Origin: Dehalococcoidia bacterium
GTDB taxonomy: Bacteria; Chloroflexota; Dehalococcoidia; Lucifugimonadales; UBA1123
Length of the DNA stretch: 64,000 bases
Reading direction: 5' to 3'
Assembly (NCBI GenBank): GCA_965202815.1
Contig: CBDBCD010000002.1
Location: 678,921 to 742,920 of the forward strand
Part shown: positions 15,778 through 25,412 of the stretch, one piece after another
Numbering within the stretch: position 1 is the stretch's first letter
Layout: the number at the start of each line of letters is the position of its first letter
Made by a program: the position numbers and the translations under genes
Notes under the pieces: model-generated
Databases searched by the model: none
The model's input: the letters and a program-made list of their open reading frames with translations, nothing else
What the model was told of the DNA's origin: nothing

Positions 15778-16761
15778 GTGCCTCAGATCGTCGTCGAGAA
15801 TCTCGTCAAACGCTTTCGCGTCGCCGAACGCCCGCCCGGACTGCTGGGCGCTTTGCGTGGCGTCGTCAGCCGCCGCTACCACACCGTTGACGCCCTCGGC
15901 GGCATATCATTCGACATAGAGCGGGGCGAACTCGTTGGCTACATCGGCCCCAACGGCGCCGGCAAGTCCACCACTATCAAGATCATCTCCGGCATACTCG
16001 TACCCGACTCCGGCAGGTGCGAGATACTTGGCCGCGTCCCCTGGGACGACCGAAAGGCGCACGTCGCCCGCATCGGCGTCGTCTTCGGACAGCGCACCCA
16101 GCTATGGTGGGACCTGCCCGTCATCGAGTCCTTCGACCTGCTCCGCGACATCTACCGCGTCCCCCAGCCGGAATACGCCCGCAATCGCGACGAGTTCATA
16201 GAGACGCTCAGGCTCCAGCCGTTGCTCGACACACCCGTCCGTCAACTCAGCCTCGGACAGCGAATGCGCTGCGACCTCGCCGCCGCCCTCCTTCACTCCC
16301 CCTCGATCCTCTTCCTCGACGAACCCACCATTGGCCTCGACGCCGTGTCCAAACTCGCCTTCCGCGACTTCATAAGCCGCTTCAACAAAGAGCGCGGCAT
16401 AACAGTCATCCTCACCACCCACGACATGGACGACATAGAGGCGCTATGCGACCGTGTCATGGTCATCAGCGACGGTCAGATCCTCTCCGACGGCCCGCTT
16501 GAGGAACTCCGCGCCCGCGTCAGCCGGGAACGCCGCCTCGTTGTCCACTTGATGGACGAGAGCGCCGACGTCTCCGACCCGGACGCCGTTGTAATCCACC
16601 GCGAGGACTACCGCGTCCACCTCAGCTTCGACCCAGACCGCGTATCCGCCGCCGACCTCATCTCGCGCGTCACCGCCGCCCATCCCGTGCGCGACCTGTT
16701 CGTCGAGAACCCGCCTATCGAGGAGATCATCGCGCGCATCTATGAGGAGAACTCCCTGTGA
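15778..16761 (+). CDS. ABC transporter ATP-binding protein
   Basis: Walker A GPNGAGKST, signature LSLGQRMR and Walker B ILFLDEPT. GTG at 15778 (start uncertain). Confidence 0.9.
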   Translation: MPQIVVENLVKRFRVAERPPGLLGALRGVVSRRYHTVDALGGISFDIERGELVGYIGPNGAGKSTTIKIISGILVPDSGRCEILGRVPWDDRKAHVARIGVVFGQRTQLWWDLPVIESFDLLRDIYRVPQPEYARNRDEFIETLRLQPLLDTPVRQLSLGQRMRCDLAAALLHSPSILFLDEPTIGLDAVSKLAFRDFISRFNKERGITVILTTHDMDDIEALCDRVMVISDGQILSDGPLEELRARVSRERRLVVHLMDESADVSDPDAVVIHREDYRVHLSFDPDRVSAADLISRVTAAHPVRDLFVENPPIEEIIARIYEENSL

Positions 16762-17549
16762 CGAGCTACTGGGCGGTCGTAAGCGCGCGCTTCAGGGAGT
16801 TGCTCCAATACCGCGCCGCCGCGGTCGCGGGAATGGGAACGCAACTCTTCTGGGGCCTGATCCGCGTGATGATATTCGAAGCCTTCTACCGTTCGTCAGT
16901 CGCCGAGCATCCCATGGAAATAGATGAGGTGACAACCTACGTCTGGCTCGGACAGGCATTCCTCGCTCTCCTGCCCTGGAACCTCGACCTCAACCTGCGA
17001 AACCAGATACGCGCGGGCGGCGTCGGCTACGAACTCATCCGCCCCGTTGACCTCTACGGCTACTGGTTTAGTCGCTCTCTCGCCTGGCGCGCGGCTCCCA
17101 CTCTACTAAGAGCGCCCCCGCTCATCATCTTCGCCTTCATCATCATGGGCATGAGCGCCCCCGCTTCCTGGGCATCAGCCGGCGCGTTCATCATCGCAAT
17201 GGCAGGCGCGGTCCTTCTCAGCGCCGCCCTCTCCACACTGTTCAATATCACAATACTGTGGACGCTCTCCGCCGACGGTATGCTCGGTCTCGCCCCCGCC
17301 GTCGTGACCATACTTTCGGGCATGATAGTCCCCATCCCGCTCTACCCCGACTGGGCGCAGACCATTCTGAACTTCCTCCCGTTCCGCGGCCTGGTGGACG
17401 TTCCCTTCCGACTCTATCTGGGCCACATCCCGCCGGGCGAACTGCCTATGCTAATCGCGCACCAACTGGCCTGGACCATCGCGATAGTTCTATTCGGTCG
17501 CTGGGTACTCTCGCGGGGACTCCGCAGAGTAGTCATTCAGGGAGGATAG
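16758..17549 (+). CDS. ABC-2 family transporter permease
   Basis: 263 aa polytopic membrane protein overlapping the ATPase stop. N-terminus of the ABC-2/DUF990 type (FRELLQYRAA). Confidence 0.75.
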   Translation: MTSYWAVVSARFRELLQYRAAAVAGMGTQLFWGLIRVMIFEAFYRSSVAEHPMEIDEVTTYVWLGQAFLALLPWNLDLNLRNQIRAGGVGYELIRPVDLYGYWFSRSLAWRAAPTLLRAPPLIIFAFIIMGMSAPASWASAGAFIIAMAGAVLLSAALSTLFNITILWTLSADGMLGLAPAVVTILSGMIVPIPLYPDWAQTILNFLPFRGLVDVPFRLYLGHIPPGELPMLIAHQLAWTIAIVLFGRWVLSRGLRRVVIQGG

Positions 17550-17553
17550 AGCT

Positions 17554-18357
17554 ATGCTGAACGCCGTACATCTCTACTTGCGCTACATCGAGATCTCCAT
17601 ACGCGGGCAGATGCAGTACCGTGCCTCGTTCGTCATGCTGAGCTTCGGACACCTTCTTGCCACCGGCGTCGAGTTCGTAGCGATCCTGGTGCTATTTGCC
17701 AGGTTCGACAACCTCCAGGGATGGACACTGCACGAAGTGGCGTTCCTATACGGAATGGTGAACGTCTCATTCTCCATAGCCGACGCCGCCGCGCGCGGCT
17801 TCGACCTGTTCGGCAACATGGTCAAGTCCGGCGACTTCGACCGCCTGCTCACGAGACCGCGCTCCACCGCGCTCCAGCTTGCGGGCCAGGAGTTGACGCT
17901 CAGGCGAGTCGGGCGATTCGCGCAAGGCTTCGGAGTCATGGCCTGGGCGAGCGTCGCGATGGACGTCAGCTGGTCCGCCACCGACGTCGCGCTTCTGTTA
18001 GGGACCGTCGCCGGGGGAGTGTGCATCTTCATTGGCCTGGTCGTCTTGCAAGCCACCCTCGCATTCTGGACGACCGAGACCCTCGAAGTTATGAACACCG
18101 TCACTTACGGCGGCGTTGAGACCACACAGTACCCGCTGGCAATCTATCGCCCATGGTTCCAGAAACTCTTCACGTTCGGAGTGCCGCTTGGCTGCGTCAG
18201 TTACTTCCCGGCTCTCGCGATCATCGGCAAGCCCGATCCGCTCGGTTCGCCCCTCTGGTTCCAGTACGCCGCGCCGTTGATAGGGGTCGCATTCCTGACG
18301 GTCACGCTCCGGCTGTGGAGATTCGGTGAGCGTCACTACCTGTCCACGGGGAGCTGA
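17554..18357 (+). CDS. ABC-2 family transporter permease
   Basis: 267 aa polytopic membrane protein with QMQYRASF near the N-terminus. Third gene of the transporter operon. Confidence 0.75.
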   Translation: MLNAVHLYLRYIEISIRGQMQYRASFVMLSFGHLLATGVEFVAILVLFARFDNLQGWTLHEVAFLYGMVNVSFSIADAAARGFDLFGNMVKSGDFDRLLTRPRSTALQLAGQELTLRRVGRFAQGFGVMAWASVAMDVSWSATDVALLLGTVAGGVCIFIGLVVLQATLAFWTTETLEVMNTVTYGGVETTQYPLAIYRPWFQKLFTFGVPLGCVSYFPALAIIGKPDPLGSPLWFQYAAPLIGVAFLTVTLRLWRFGERHYLSTGS

Positions 18358-18369
18358 TCCGGACAGATT

Positions 18370-18702
18370 TTACGTCTTTGTTAGTCGTGCGCTGACCAAG
18401 CGGTTCATACTGACTCCAGCCTCGGCTGCGTCCACAGCTAAAGCTCGATGCGTCTCCGGTGGTATGCGAATTGACAGATGTCCACTGTAGCTCCGAGTAG
18501 AAAACGGCTCTGGGACTGGGGCTCCTTCCTTGCGGAGGTCATCCACGCAGAAGGCCACTAGGTCGCGGATACCCGAAAATGCCTTCTCCGGGGTGTCGGC
18601 CAGATGGCTGAGCAGTCCGAACTCGGCACACAGACCAACGTATTCCCCGTCTTCTTCGGACCATATCACGCGGTAGGTGTAGCGGTCTGTTTCTTCAGTC
18701 AT
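18370..18702 (-). CDS. hicB: HicB family antitoxin
   Basis: YTYRVIWSEEDGEYVGLCAEF N-domain plus a C-terminal ribbon-helix-helix (HRALAVDAAEAGVSMNRLV). Confidence 0.8.
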   Translation of the reverse strand: MTEETDRYTYRVIWSEEDGEYVGLCAEFGLLSHLADTPEKAFSGIRDLVAFCVDDLRKEGAPVPEPFSTRSYSGHLSIRIPPETHRALAVDAAEAGVSMNRLVSARLTKT

Positions 18703-18935
18703 CTCATCTCCTTCAACTTGTCAATCGCCCTGAGCGCCTGGCGCACTTGATAGGGCTTAGCCATACCCCTGCGGGGTTGAATGTTGACCCGTGGCTCTCC
18801 AGGCCATGGTGTGCGGTAGATCAAATGGCTACTGTGTCGTCTGGGTTCCCCGAAATAGCGGTCGCAAATCCTGACTAACTCAGCGAACCGTAAGTTCCGA
18901 GGATTATGCCTAATGTTCTCAAGCGCCTTGTCCAT
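18699..18935 (-). CDS. hicA: HicA-like toxin
   Basis: 78 aa; SSHLIYRTPWPGEPRVNIQP...KPYQVRQALRAI resembles the HicA GSH...YQ pattern. ATGA overlap with hicB. Confidence 0.6.
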   Translation of the reverse strand: MDKALENIRHNPRNLRFAELVRICDRYFGEPRRHSSHLIYRTPWPGEPRVNIQPRRGMAKPYQVRQALRAIDKLKEMR

Positions 18936-18980
18936 ATGAATATGATAGCACCAATAATACCTTAATCCCACGTCGGTCAG

Positions 18981-19667
18981 TTAGAGTATGAGTGTCAACA
19001 ATCCCGTTCCTATCAGTACTATTGCCCACGCTTTATCCAAGTTGAACCAGGCCCGGCGCAGTATCGCAACCCCCACCTTCTCATAGACCACTATCGCCAC
19101 GACCGCCATGACGCCGAACATAGCGAGGGTATGAATGGAGACGGCGGTGACCTGGGCAACGACGGTCTCGACGCCGCTCGGCGCGCCGATCAGCATATAA
19201 TCCGCGTGAGGTAGGTCTCGCGCGTCAATGGCCTCAGCGATAGACAGCCGGTATCCCGGCAAGTTGAAGAGTATGGGAATGAGCATCAACCCCGCGCCGT
19301 GCGCCGACGCCATGAGGAACGACCAGGCGGTGAGATCGCGGAATCCCACTCGCATCCCCACCCAGCGCGGATGTGTCGAGCGCGCGAGCTTGTAAATTCC
19401 AAACCCGACCAGAATCGCCGCGCCAATGTACTTCAGGGCGTCGAAGGGAATGACCGAGCGGACTAGCAGCACGACGCCCACGACGCCTACGACAGAGATC
19501 ATGTGCCCCAAGGCTATAGAGACGAACGCCTGATACACCGCCCCGCGCCTGCCTTCCTGGAGTCCGAGGGCCACCGCGAACAGCCAGCCCATCGCCGGGT
19601 TGACGCCGTGATACGCTCCCAGGGCGGCCAGCGCAAGCCAAGGCCAGAGTTCCGCTATTTCCAGCAT
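18981..19667 (-). CDS. polytopic membrane protein of unknown function
   Basis: 228 aa, about 6 hydrophobic segments, duplicated H-G motifs (GAYHGVNPAMGW, ASAHGAGLML). Family not recognised with confidence. Confidence 0.6.
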   Translation of the reverse strand: MLEIAELWPWLALAALGAYHGVNPAMGWLFAVALGLQEGRRGAVYQAFVSIALGHMISVVGVVGVVLLVRSVIPFDALKYIGAAILVGFGIYKLARSTHPRWVGMRVGFRDLTAWSFLMASAHGAGLMLIPILFNLPGYRLSIAEAIDARDLPHADYMLIGAPSGVETVVAQVTAVSIHTLAMFGVMAVVAIVVYEKVGVAILRRAWFNLDKAWAIVLIGTGLLTLIL

Positions 19668-19695
19668 GAAGACTCAACTCCAGTTTCGATGAGGG

Positions 19696-19731
19696 AACAA
19701 AAATAGAGGGCGGATTAAGCCTCCGCCCTCT
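19696..19731 (-). terminator. intrinsic terminator after the SBP56 gene
   Basis: AGAGGGCGGA / TCCGCCCTCT 10-bp stem with a 7-nt loop, followed on the minus strand by ATTTTTGTT. Confidence 0.7.
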
Positions 19732-19761
19732 ATCGTCATTGTTGCGTCTATTCCGTTCTGT

Positions 19762-21171
19762 CTAGTCCGGGTAGCAGAAGGAGTCCGATGAGGAATCGCC
19801 ACCCTGGAGCCTGATCTGGTGCGGACGCTCGTCGCCGAACTCGACGAAGAAGTCCTCGTCCACGGTCATCCCGCCTTCGGGGGAAGCGTTGATCTTGGCC
19901 GCCCAGCCACGTATGCCTTCAGGATAGAACTGCTCGTCCCACGCGACATAGAGCGAATTGGTGACGTAGATCCTGCGCCCGTCGCGGCTCACTTCGACCA
20001 TCTGCGGACCGCCGTTCAGATTGCCGTTGCTCGGATGCCCGGCCTTGCGCACGATCCCGCCCAAGTGAACCGAGCCGGTCAACTGAGGGTTGAACGGGTC
20101 GGACACATCGTACTGCTGGAATTCGCCCGTTCCCCAGCACGAGACATACAGGAACTTGTCGTCCAGCGACAGATTGATGTCCGTAATCACCGGAGGAACA
20201 GCGCCGAATCCCTGGAGCAGCGGCGGCAGTTGGTCGGCGTCCGCGGGCTCAGCCGGAATCTCGATGACTTTCTTGATGGCCCACTTGCCGTTGTCCCTGT
20301 ACCATAGCCAGATTGAGCCGGACAGGTCTTTCAGGCTGGTGACCACGCCCACGAAACCGTATGTCTTGCGAGGGTCGTGCGCGGGTCTGAGTTCGAGGGC
20401 CATCTGGTTTTCCGAACCCATGTCGAGTTCCTCGAGGTGCTTGCGCTCTCGCAGGTCCCATACATGCAGCTTGTGGCCGTACTCGCTGTTCAGAAGCAGA
20501 TCGGGCTGGACGCCGCTTTCAACCATGCTGGGAGTGCCCCATTCGCTCGTGATCATGGTGTCGTGATTCAGGTGCCACCAGAAGTCATAGGATAGAACCT
20601 GTGAACCCCTGTCGGATTCCCACGCCCCCTTTACCTCGAACGTGTCGTGATCGAGCATGAACACGCCGCCCGGGCCGCCGCCATCCGGTGCGCCCAGCGC
20701 GTTCATGTAGATGGCGTCCGGGCCGCAGTGTACGGTGTGCGGGCGACTGTATCCGGTCTTCTCGGCAAGCTCATCGGCCTCGATGACCTTCGCGATTGTG
20801 GGATTGAGAGGGTCGGGCTGTGTATCAACGATATAGATTCTTGAAGAGCGGAGCGCTCCGAATAGGAGATAGCGCCGCTCGACGTGAGGGTGCGGCATGT
20901 TCGGACAGAGCGAAGCGCTGCATGCATTCCATCCGAAGTGGTGTAGTTCATCGCCAGAGTGCGGCAGATCCAAACGGCTGATCACTTCTCCAAAGCTGGA
21001 GGAATCGGGGTTTACGTCCATGACGCCAATGGCGTCAGGTCGTCCGTCGTCTTTGGGATTGACTATCGCTACGTATGCTATCTCCTCTTGGGGCGCATCC
21101 ATCGCCTTCTTCGGAGAGGTATAAAATGTCGGGTCCGGTGTCCAGGTAGCCAAGGGTGGTATGTCCTCCAT
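19762..21171 (-). CDS. selenium-binding protein (SBP56) family / methanethiol oxidase homologue
   Basis: 469 aa; DPTFYTSPKKAM, DELHHFGWNACSS and the overall SBP56 pattern. An alternative TTG start at 21153 follows a GGAGG. Confidence 0.9.
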   Translation of the reverse strand: MEDIPPLATWTPDPTFYTSPKKAMDAPQEEIAYVAIVNPKDDGRPDAIGVMDVNPDSSSFGEVISRLDLPHSGDELHHFGWNACSASLCPNMPHPHVERRYLLFGALRSSRIYIVDTQPDPLNPTIAKVIEADELAEKTGYSRPHTVHCGPDAIYMNALGAPDGGGPGGVFMLDHDTFEVKGAWESDRGSQVLSYDFWWHLNHDTMITSEWGTPSMVESGVQPDLLLNSEYGHKLHVWDLRERKHLEELDMGSENQMALELRPAHDPRKTYGFVGVVTSLKDLSGSIWLWYRDNGKWAIKKVIEIPAEPADADQLPPLLQGFGAVPPVITDINLSLDDKFLYVSCWGTGEFQQYDVSDPFNPQLTGSVHLGGIVRKAGHPSNGNLNGGPQMVEVSRDGRRIYVTNSLYVAWDEQFYPEGIRGWAAKINASPEGGMTVDEDFFVEFGDERPHQIRLQGGDSSSDSFCYPD

Positions 21172-21344
21172 TCACTGCTGCGTCGTACTTAGGAAACGGT
21201 TCTCCCAAGTTACAGACATATAATAGGGATTATGGCGACATATTGTAAAGTTTATGAAAATTTCTCAAAACGACTCCACGCTATCCTACGATGGAGAAAT
21301 ATCAATTTAGCGGCTGCATGTTATCTGGATTCGTATTTGCACAG

Positions 21345-22826
21345 CTACCGGGCGTGGTAGAACTCCACATCGTCGGCGAAAGGCTTGTCGTAGTTCTCGG
21401 AACCAGCCAGTCCTATCTGGCCCCTGCCGGTCACGCTGTTCTTCGCCCCGTCCATGCGAGGGTCAACGTAGCGGTCGTACCAATCTTCCAGTTCAGCCCT
21501 GAGTTCTGAGATACGCTCACCGTACTCAGGGAAGTCCACCAGATTCAGCTTCTCGAACGGGTCGTTTGCCAGATCGTACAGTTCGTCAGGCCCGTCCGGG
21601 TAGCGGTGGACGTATTTCCACGTCCGGGTGCGAATCATGCGGGTTGGGCCGTACTCGTCCAGCACGTATATGGGCGCGTCATCGCCCAGCGATTCGCCTC
21701 GCAGGATGGAAGAGAAATCCCTGCCCGGGAGCGGCTGATCGGAAGGCGTCTCCAATCCGAGATAGCCAAGCAGGGTCGGCATGAAGTCGTACTGGCTGAG
21801 CAGCTTGTCGCATACCAAATCCTGTGGTACGTGGCCGGGCCGCGAAATTAACGTCGGCACCTTGACCGCCGTGTCGAACATATTGGGCGGGTAGGTCCCA
21901 TTCCCCTTGCCCCAGATGCCGTGGTGTCCCATGTTCATGCCGTTGTCCGCGTTGAATACGACCAGCGTGTTCTCCCTGAGTCCGTTCTCCTCGAGCCAGT
22001 CCAGAAGCCTGCCAATGTTCCTGTCCATCTCCACGATGGCGGCGAAGTAGCCGCTGAGAGCCAGTCTGCGATTTTCGGGCGTATCGCCGAGGGTCGCCGC
22101 CCTGGCCTCTTTATTCAACTGGTTCGGATGAATGTCCTCGAACGGAACCGAGTCAAAGGCATAATTATCATGGAAATCGTCGAAAATCTGATCTGGATGG
22201 TGCTCCCGCCCCCAAGGCGCGTGGGGCGCGGTGTAGTGAACGTTCAGCGAGAAAGGAGCCTCTGAGTCCGACTGTCCGCTGAGGAAATCCAGAGCGTTGT
22301 CGGTTATCACGTCAGTCACATAGCCGTCCGGCTGGCGCAGTTCGCCATCTTTCAGCATGGGAGCGTTGTAGTAGTTGCCTCCGCCCGTGGCGTGGACGTT
22401 CCAGTAGTCGAATCCCAGTTGCGGCAATGCGGAGCGTCCCAGGTGCCACTTGCCGCTTAGTCCGCACGCATAGCCGTTCTCAGCGAGCGTCTGGATGTAA
22501 GATTTGCGCCCTTGCATATATTCGATTTCTTCGCCGTCTCCGGGCAGAAACTCGGAGTTGCCGCGACGCAGGAAGTCCTGAACGCCATGCTGTGAGGGAA
22601 TCTGTCCGGTCAGTATGGAAGCCCTGGCCGGCGAGCAGACTGGCGAAGCGCAGAAGAAATTCTCGAACCTTATGCCGGTAGAAGCCAGCCTGTCCAGATT
22701 GGGCGTGTCCAGTTCCTCGCTGCCCGCGCAGCCCATAGCCCAGGCGCCTTGGTCGTCGCTGAGGATGAAGAGGATGTTGGGTCTTTCAGGATTCACGCTC
22801 GCCATATCGTATTCTTTCTCCTGCAT
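21345..22826 (-). CDS. sulfatase (formylglycine-dependent)
   Basis: PNILFILSDDQG and the CSPARASILTG (C-x-P-x-R) formylglycine motif. Confidence 0.9.
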   Translation of the reverse strand: MQEKEYDMASVNPERPNILFILSDDQGAWAMGCAGSEELDTPNLDRLASTGIRFENFFCASPVCSPARASILTGQIPSQHGVQDFLRRGNSEFLPGDGEEIEYMQGRKSYIQTLAENGYACGLSGKWHLGRSALPQLGFDYWNVHATGGGNYYNAPMLKDGELRQPDGYVTDVITDNALDFLSGQSDSEAPFSLNVHYTAPHAPWGREHHPDQIFDDFHDNYAFDSVPFEDIHPNQLNKEARAATLGDTPENRRLALSGYFAAIVEMDRNIGRLLDWLEENGLRENTLVVFNADNGMNMGHHGIWGKGNGTYPPNMFDTAVKVPTLISRPGHVPQDLVCDKLLSQYDFMPTLLGYLGLETPSDQPLPGRDFSSILRGESLGDDAPIYVLDEYGPTRMIRTRTWKYVHRYPDGPDELYDLANDPFEKLNLVDFPEYGERISELRAELEDWYDRYVDPRMDGAKNSVTGRGQIGLAGSENYDKPFADDVEFYHAR

Positions 22827-23039
22827 CTACGCTTCGTTGAATTCTCGCCAGTCCAGCCCGAGTTGCCTGATAGCCGAGCGAAGAGTTCCAATCTTTAGGT
22901 CGCGTCTTCCCCAGTCCGTCAGTTGGGCCCGACCGCCTGTGTGGGGGTTGATCCACATTCTGTGCGACCCACGTCTTCGCTGGATATTTTCATAGCATCC
23001 AAAACGAATCAACTTCCGGGTGACCTCACGGTATCTCAA
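22827..23039 (-). CDS. hicA: HicA family toxin
   Basis: 70 aa; RGSHRMWINP...IGTLRSAIRQLGL is the canonical HicA pattern. The stop abuts the sulfatase start. Confidence 0.85.
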   Translation of the reverse strand: MRYREVTRKLIRFGCYENIQRRRGSHRMWINPHTGGRAQLTDWGRRDLKIGTLRSAIRQLGLDWREFNEA

Positions 23040-23293
23040 GAAACCGTAACTGCCGGTTCTAGGGTTACAGCAGGGTCTTCGGCAAACAGACCGCGTGGCA
23101 GTGGCCTCTCCTCCTCTACGTAGTCCTCGATAATCATTCCGAAGGCTTCCTGTATGTTCCTGAGAACCTCCTCAATTGTATCGCCCTCGGTTATCATTTC
23201 GGGGAAGAGCGGTGATGTAACGGTGTATCCACCCTCAGGCTGTTCGTCTATGAACACTGGCACCTTTGCTGTCAGAGGTATTCTGGCAATCAT
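23036..23293 (-). CDS. hicB: HicB family antitoxin (UPF0150 type)
   Basis: 85 aa; GGYTVTSPLFPEMITEGDTIEEVLRNIQEAF. ATGA overlap with hicA. Confidence 0.8.
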   Translation of the reverse strand: MIARIPLTAKVPVFIDEQPEGGYTVTSPLFPEMITEGDTIEEVLRNIQEAFGMIIEDYVEEERPLPRGLFAEDPAVTLEPAVTVS

Positions 23294-23326
23294 GTCAGGA
23301 CTCCTAATGCTTGTTATCTATGTCGC

Positions 23327-24529
23327 TTACATCTCCACGCCAAGCGCACCTGCCACGGTGTCCATGTCCTTGTCTCCACGCCCGCTGAGTCCAAGCAGGA
23401 CCACCTGGTCCCTGTCCAATGTCGGAGCGAGTTGGGACAGGTAGTACAGCGCATGCGAAGGTTCCAGCGCGGGGATAATCCCCTCTGTGCGGCACAGGAG
23501 CTCGAATCCTTCAAGCGCCTGTTCGTCTGTGACGCTGACGTACTCCGCCCTTTCCGTATCCTTCAGCCAGCTATGCTCGGGTCCGACGCCGGGATAGTCC
23601 AGTCCGGCGGAGATACTGTGCGCCTCGTGTACCTGTCCGTCTTCATCCTGGAGCAGGTACGACATGCTGCCGTGAAGCACACCTACATCTCCGGCCACCA
23701 ATGTAGAGGCGTGTTCACCTGTCTCGATTCCTCTGCCTCCGGCCTCGACGCCGACCAGTTTCACCCCTTCGTCCTTGATGAACTCGTAGAACAGGCCCAT
23801 GGCATTGGAGCCGCCGCCGACGCAGGCTATCGCGTAGTCCGGCAGTCTGCCGATGGTCGAAAGCAATTGCTCACGCGCCTCCCGGCCTATGACGGACTGG
23901 AAGTCGCGCACCATCTTGGGATATGGATGAGGCCCAACCACGCTGCCTATGAGATAGTGCGTCGTCTCGACATTGGTCACCCAGTCGCGTATCGCCTCGT
24001 TGATCGCGTCCTTGAGCGTTCGGCTTCCGCTTGTCACGGAGCGGACTTCCGCCCCAAGCAGGCGCATTCTGAAAACGTTCAGAGCCTGTCGTTTGATATC
24101 CTCCTCGCCCATATAGACGATGCACTCCTGATCGAGCATCGCGCAAACCGTGGCGGTCGCGACCCCATGCTGACCGGCGCCAGTCTCCGCGATGATGCGG
24201 CGCTTGCCCATGCGCTGCGCCAGAAGACCCTGCCCGAGCGCGTTATTGATCTTGTGCGCGCCCGTATGCGCCAGGTCTTCACGCTTGATGAAGATGCGCG
24301 CGCCGCCCAGTTCGCGCGTCAGGTTCTCGGCGTAGTACAGTTTGGTCGGCCTGCCCACATAGTCGCGGGAGAGCGTCTGGAGCCTTGCCTGAAACTCCTC
24401 GTCTGCCGCGGCCGCCTCGTACTCCACCTCAAGCTCGTGAATTGCGCCCATGAGCGTTTCCGGTACGAACATTCCTCCGAACTGGCCGAACCTGCCTCTT
24501 TCATCCGGTAGAACCTGTGTCTGAAGCAT
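23327..24529 (-). CDS. trpB: tryptophan synthase beta chain
   Basis: [24 protein letters not shown] and GGGSNAMG motifs. No trpA is adjacent. Confidence 0.95.
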   Translation of the reverse strand: MLQTQVLPDERGRFGQFGGMFVPETLMGAIHELEVEYEAAAADEEFQARLQTLSRDYVGRPTKLYYAENLTRELGGARIFIKREDLAHTGAHKINNALGQGLLAQRMGKRRIIAETGAGQHGVATATVCAMLDQECIVYMGEEDIKRQALNVFRMRLLGAEVRSVTSGSRTLKDAINEAIRDWVTNVETTHYLIGSVVGPHPYPKMVRDFQSVIGREAREQLLSTIGRLPDYAIACVGGGSNAMGLFYEFIKDEGVKLVGVEAGGRGIETGEHASTLVAGDVGVLHGSMSYLLQDEDGQVHEAHSISAGLDYPGVGPEHSWLKDTERAEYVSVTDEQALEGFELLCRTEGIIPALEPSHALYYLSQLAPTLDRDQVVLLGLSGRGDKDMDTVAGALGVEM

Positions 24530-24659
24530 CTGTCACTTCCTGAAATCTGAGTTGGCTGATTATACAGTATTCATGGTATCCGATGATTGGTTGACCGTTC
24601 GGCCTCCCGTACCTAGAATACTTCTATCACTGACAAACATATGTAACAGGGAGCGATCT

Positions 24660-24896
24660 ATGCCTATCTACGAATACGTCTGCAACGTATGCAGCCACAG
24701 GTTCGACAAACTACGGCCGATGAGCCGAATGGACGACGAAGCTCCCTGCCCGATATGCGAAGGCGACTCAGAGCGTAAACTGTCGGTGTTCGCGGCATTC
24801 GCCTCGGATGAGGTCGGCAGCATGGGGTCGGTAGCCGGTATGGGCGGCTGCGGCGGCTGCGGACCCGGCGGCTGCGCCTGCTCTATGGGAGTGTAG
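24660..24896 (+). CDS. FmdB-family zinc-ribbon protein
   Basis: MPIYEYVCNVCSHRF...CPICEG with a Gly/Cys-rich tail. The internal ATG at 24660 was chosen. Confidence 0.8.
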   Translation: MPIYEYVCNVCSHRFDKLRPMSRMDDEAPCPICEGDSERKLSVFAAFASDEVGSMGSVAGMGGCGGCGPGGCACSMGV

Positions 24897-24899
24897 TGA

Positions 24900-25361
24900 A
24901 TGAACACCACCGTTCAGATTCTGCTCACGCTGCATATATTGTCAGCGCTGGTCGCGGTGGGAGCCACCGTCTCCTATTTCTTCTGGATGCGGCGCGCTGT
25001 TCTGGTACCGGAATCCAGAAAGTTCACGCTTGAAACCCTTCGCGCGCTGGAACTGCGAATGGTCAGCCCTGCATACGTGATACTCTTTCTGACCGGACTC
25101 GGACTGATAGACCGCGCGTCATGGGGATGGGCTACCCCGTGGCTGGAGCTCTCCATCCTCCTGTTCATCGCACTGATGGGTCTGGTCGGATTCCATACCC
25201 GCCTCATAAGGCGGCAGATAGCGCTGACCGAAGACGAGGCGTCCGACCCGGCTGAATACGACGCCTCCCACAATCGGGGACGAATACTTATGCTGGCGAA
25301 GGTAGTCGTCATCATCGCGCTGGTTTACCTGATGGTGTTCAAGCCACCCCTCTGGGGATGA
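24900..25361 (+). CDS. DUF2269-like membrane protein
   Basis: 153 aa with 4 hydrophobic segments; LHILSALVAVGATVSYFFW N-terminus. Confidence 0.6.
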   Translation: MNTTVQILLTLHILSALVAVGATVSYFFWMRRAVLVPESRKFTLETLRALELRMVSPAYVILFLTGLGLIDRASWGWATPWLELSILLFIALMGLVGFHTRLIRRQIALTEDEASDPAEYDASHNRGRILMLAKVVVIIALVYLMVFKPPLWG

Positions 25362-25412
25362 CGTCCATCGGCGTTTGACAACCCTCTGACAGACAACAAG
25401 ACACCGGAGAAC

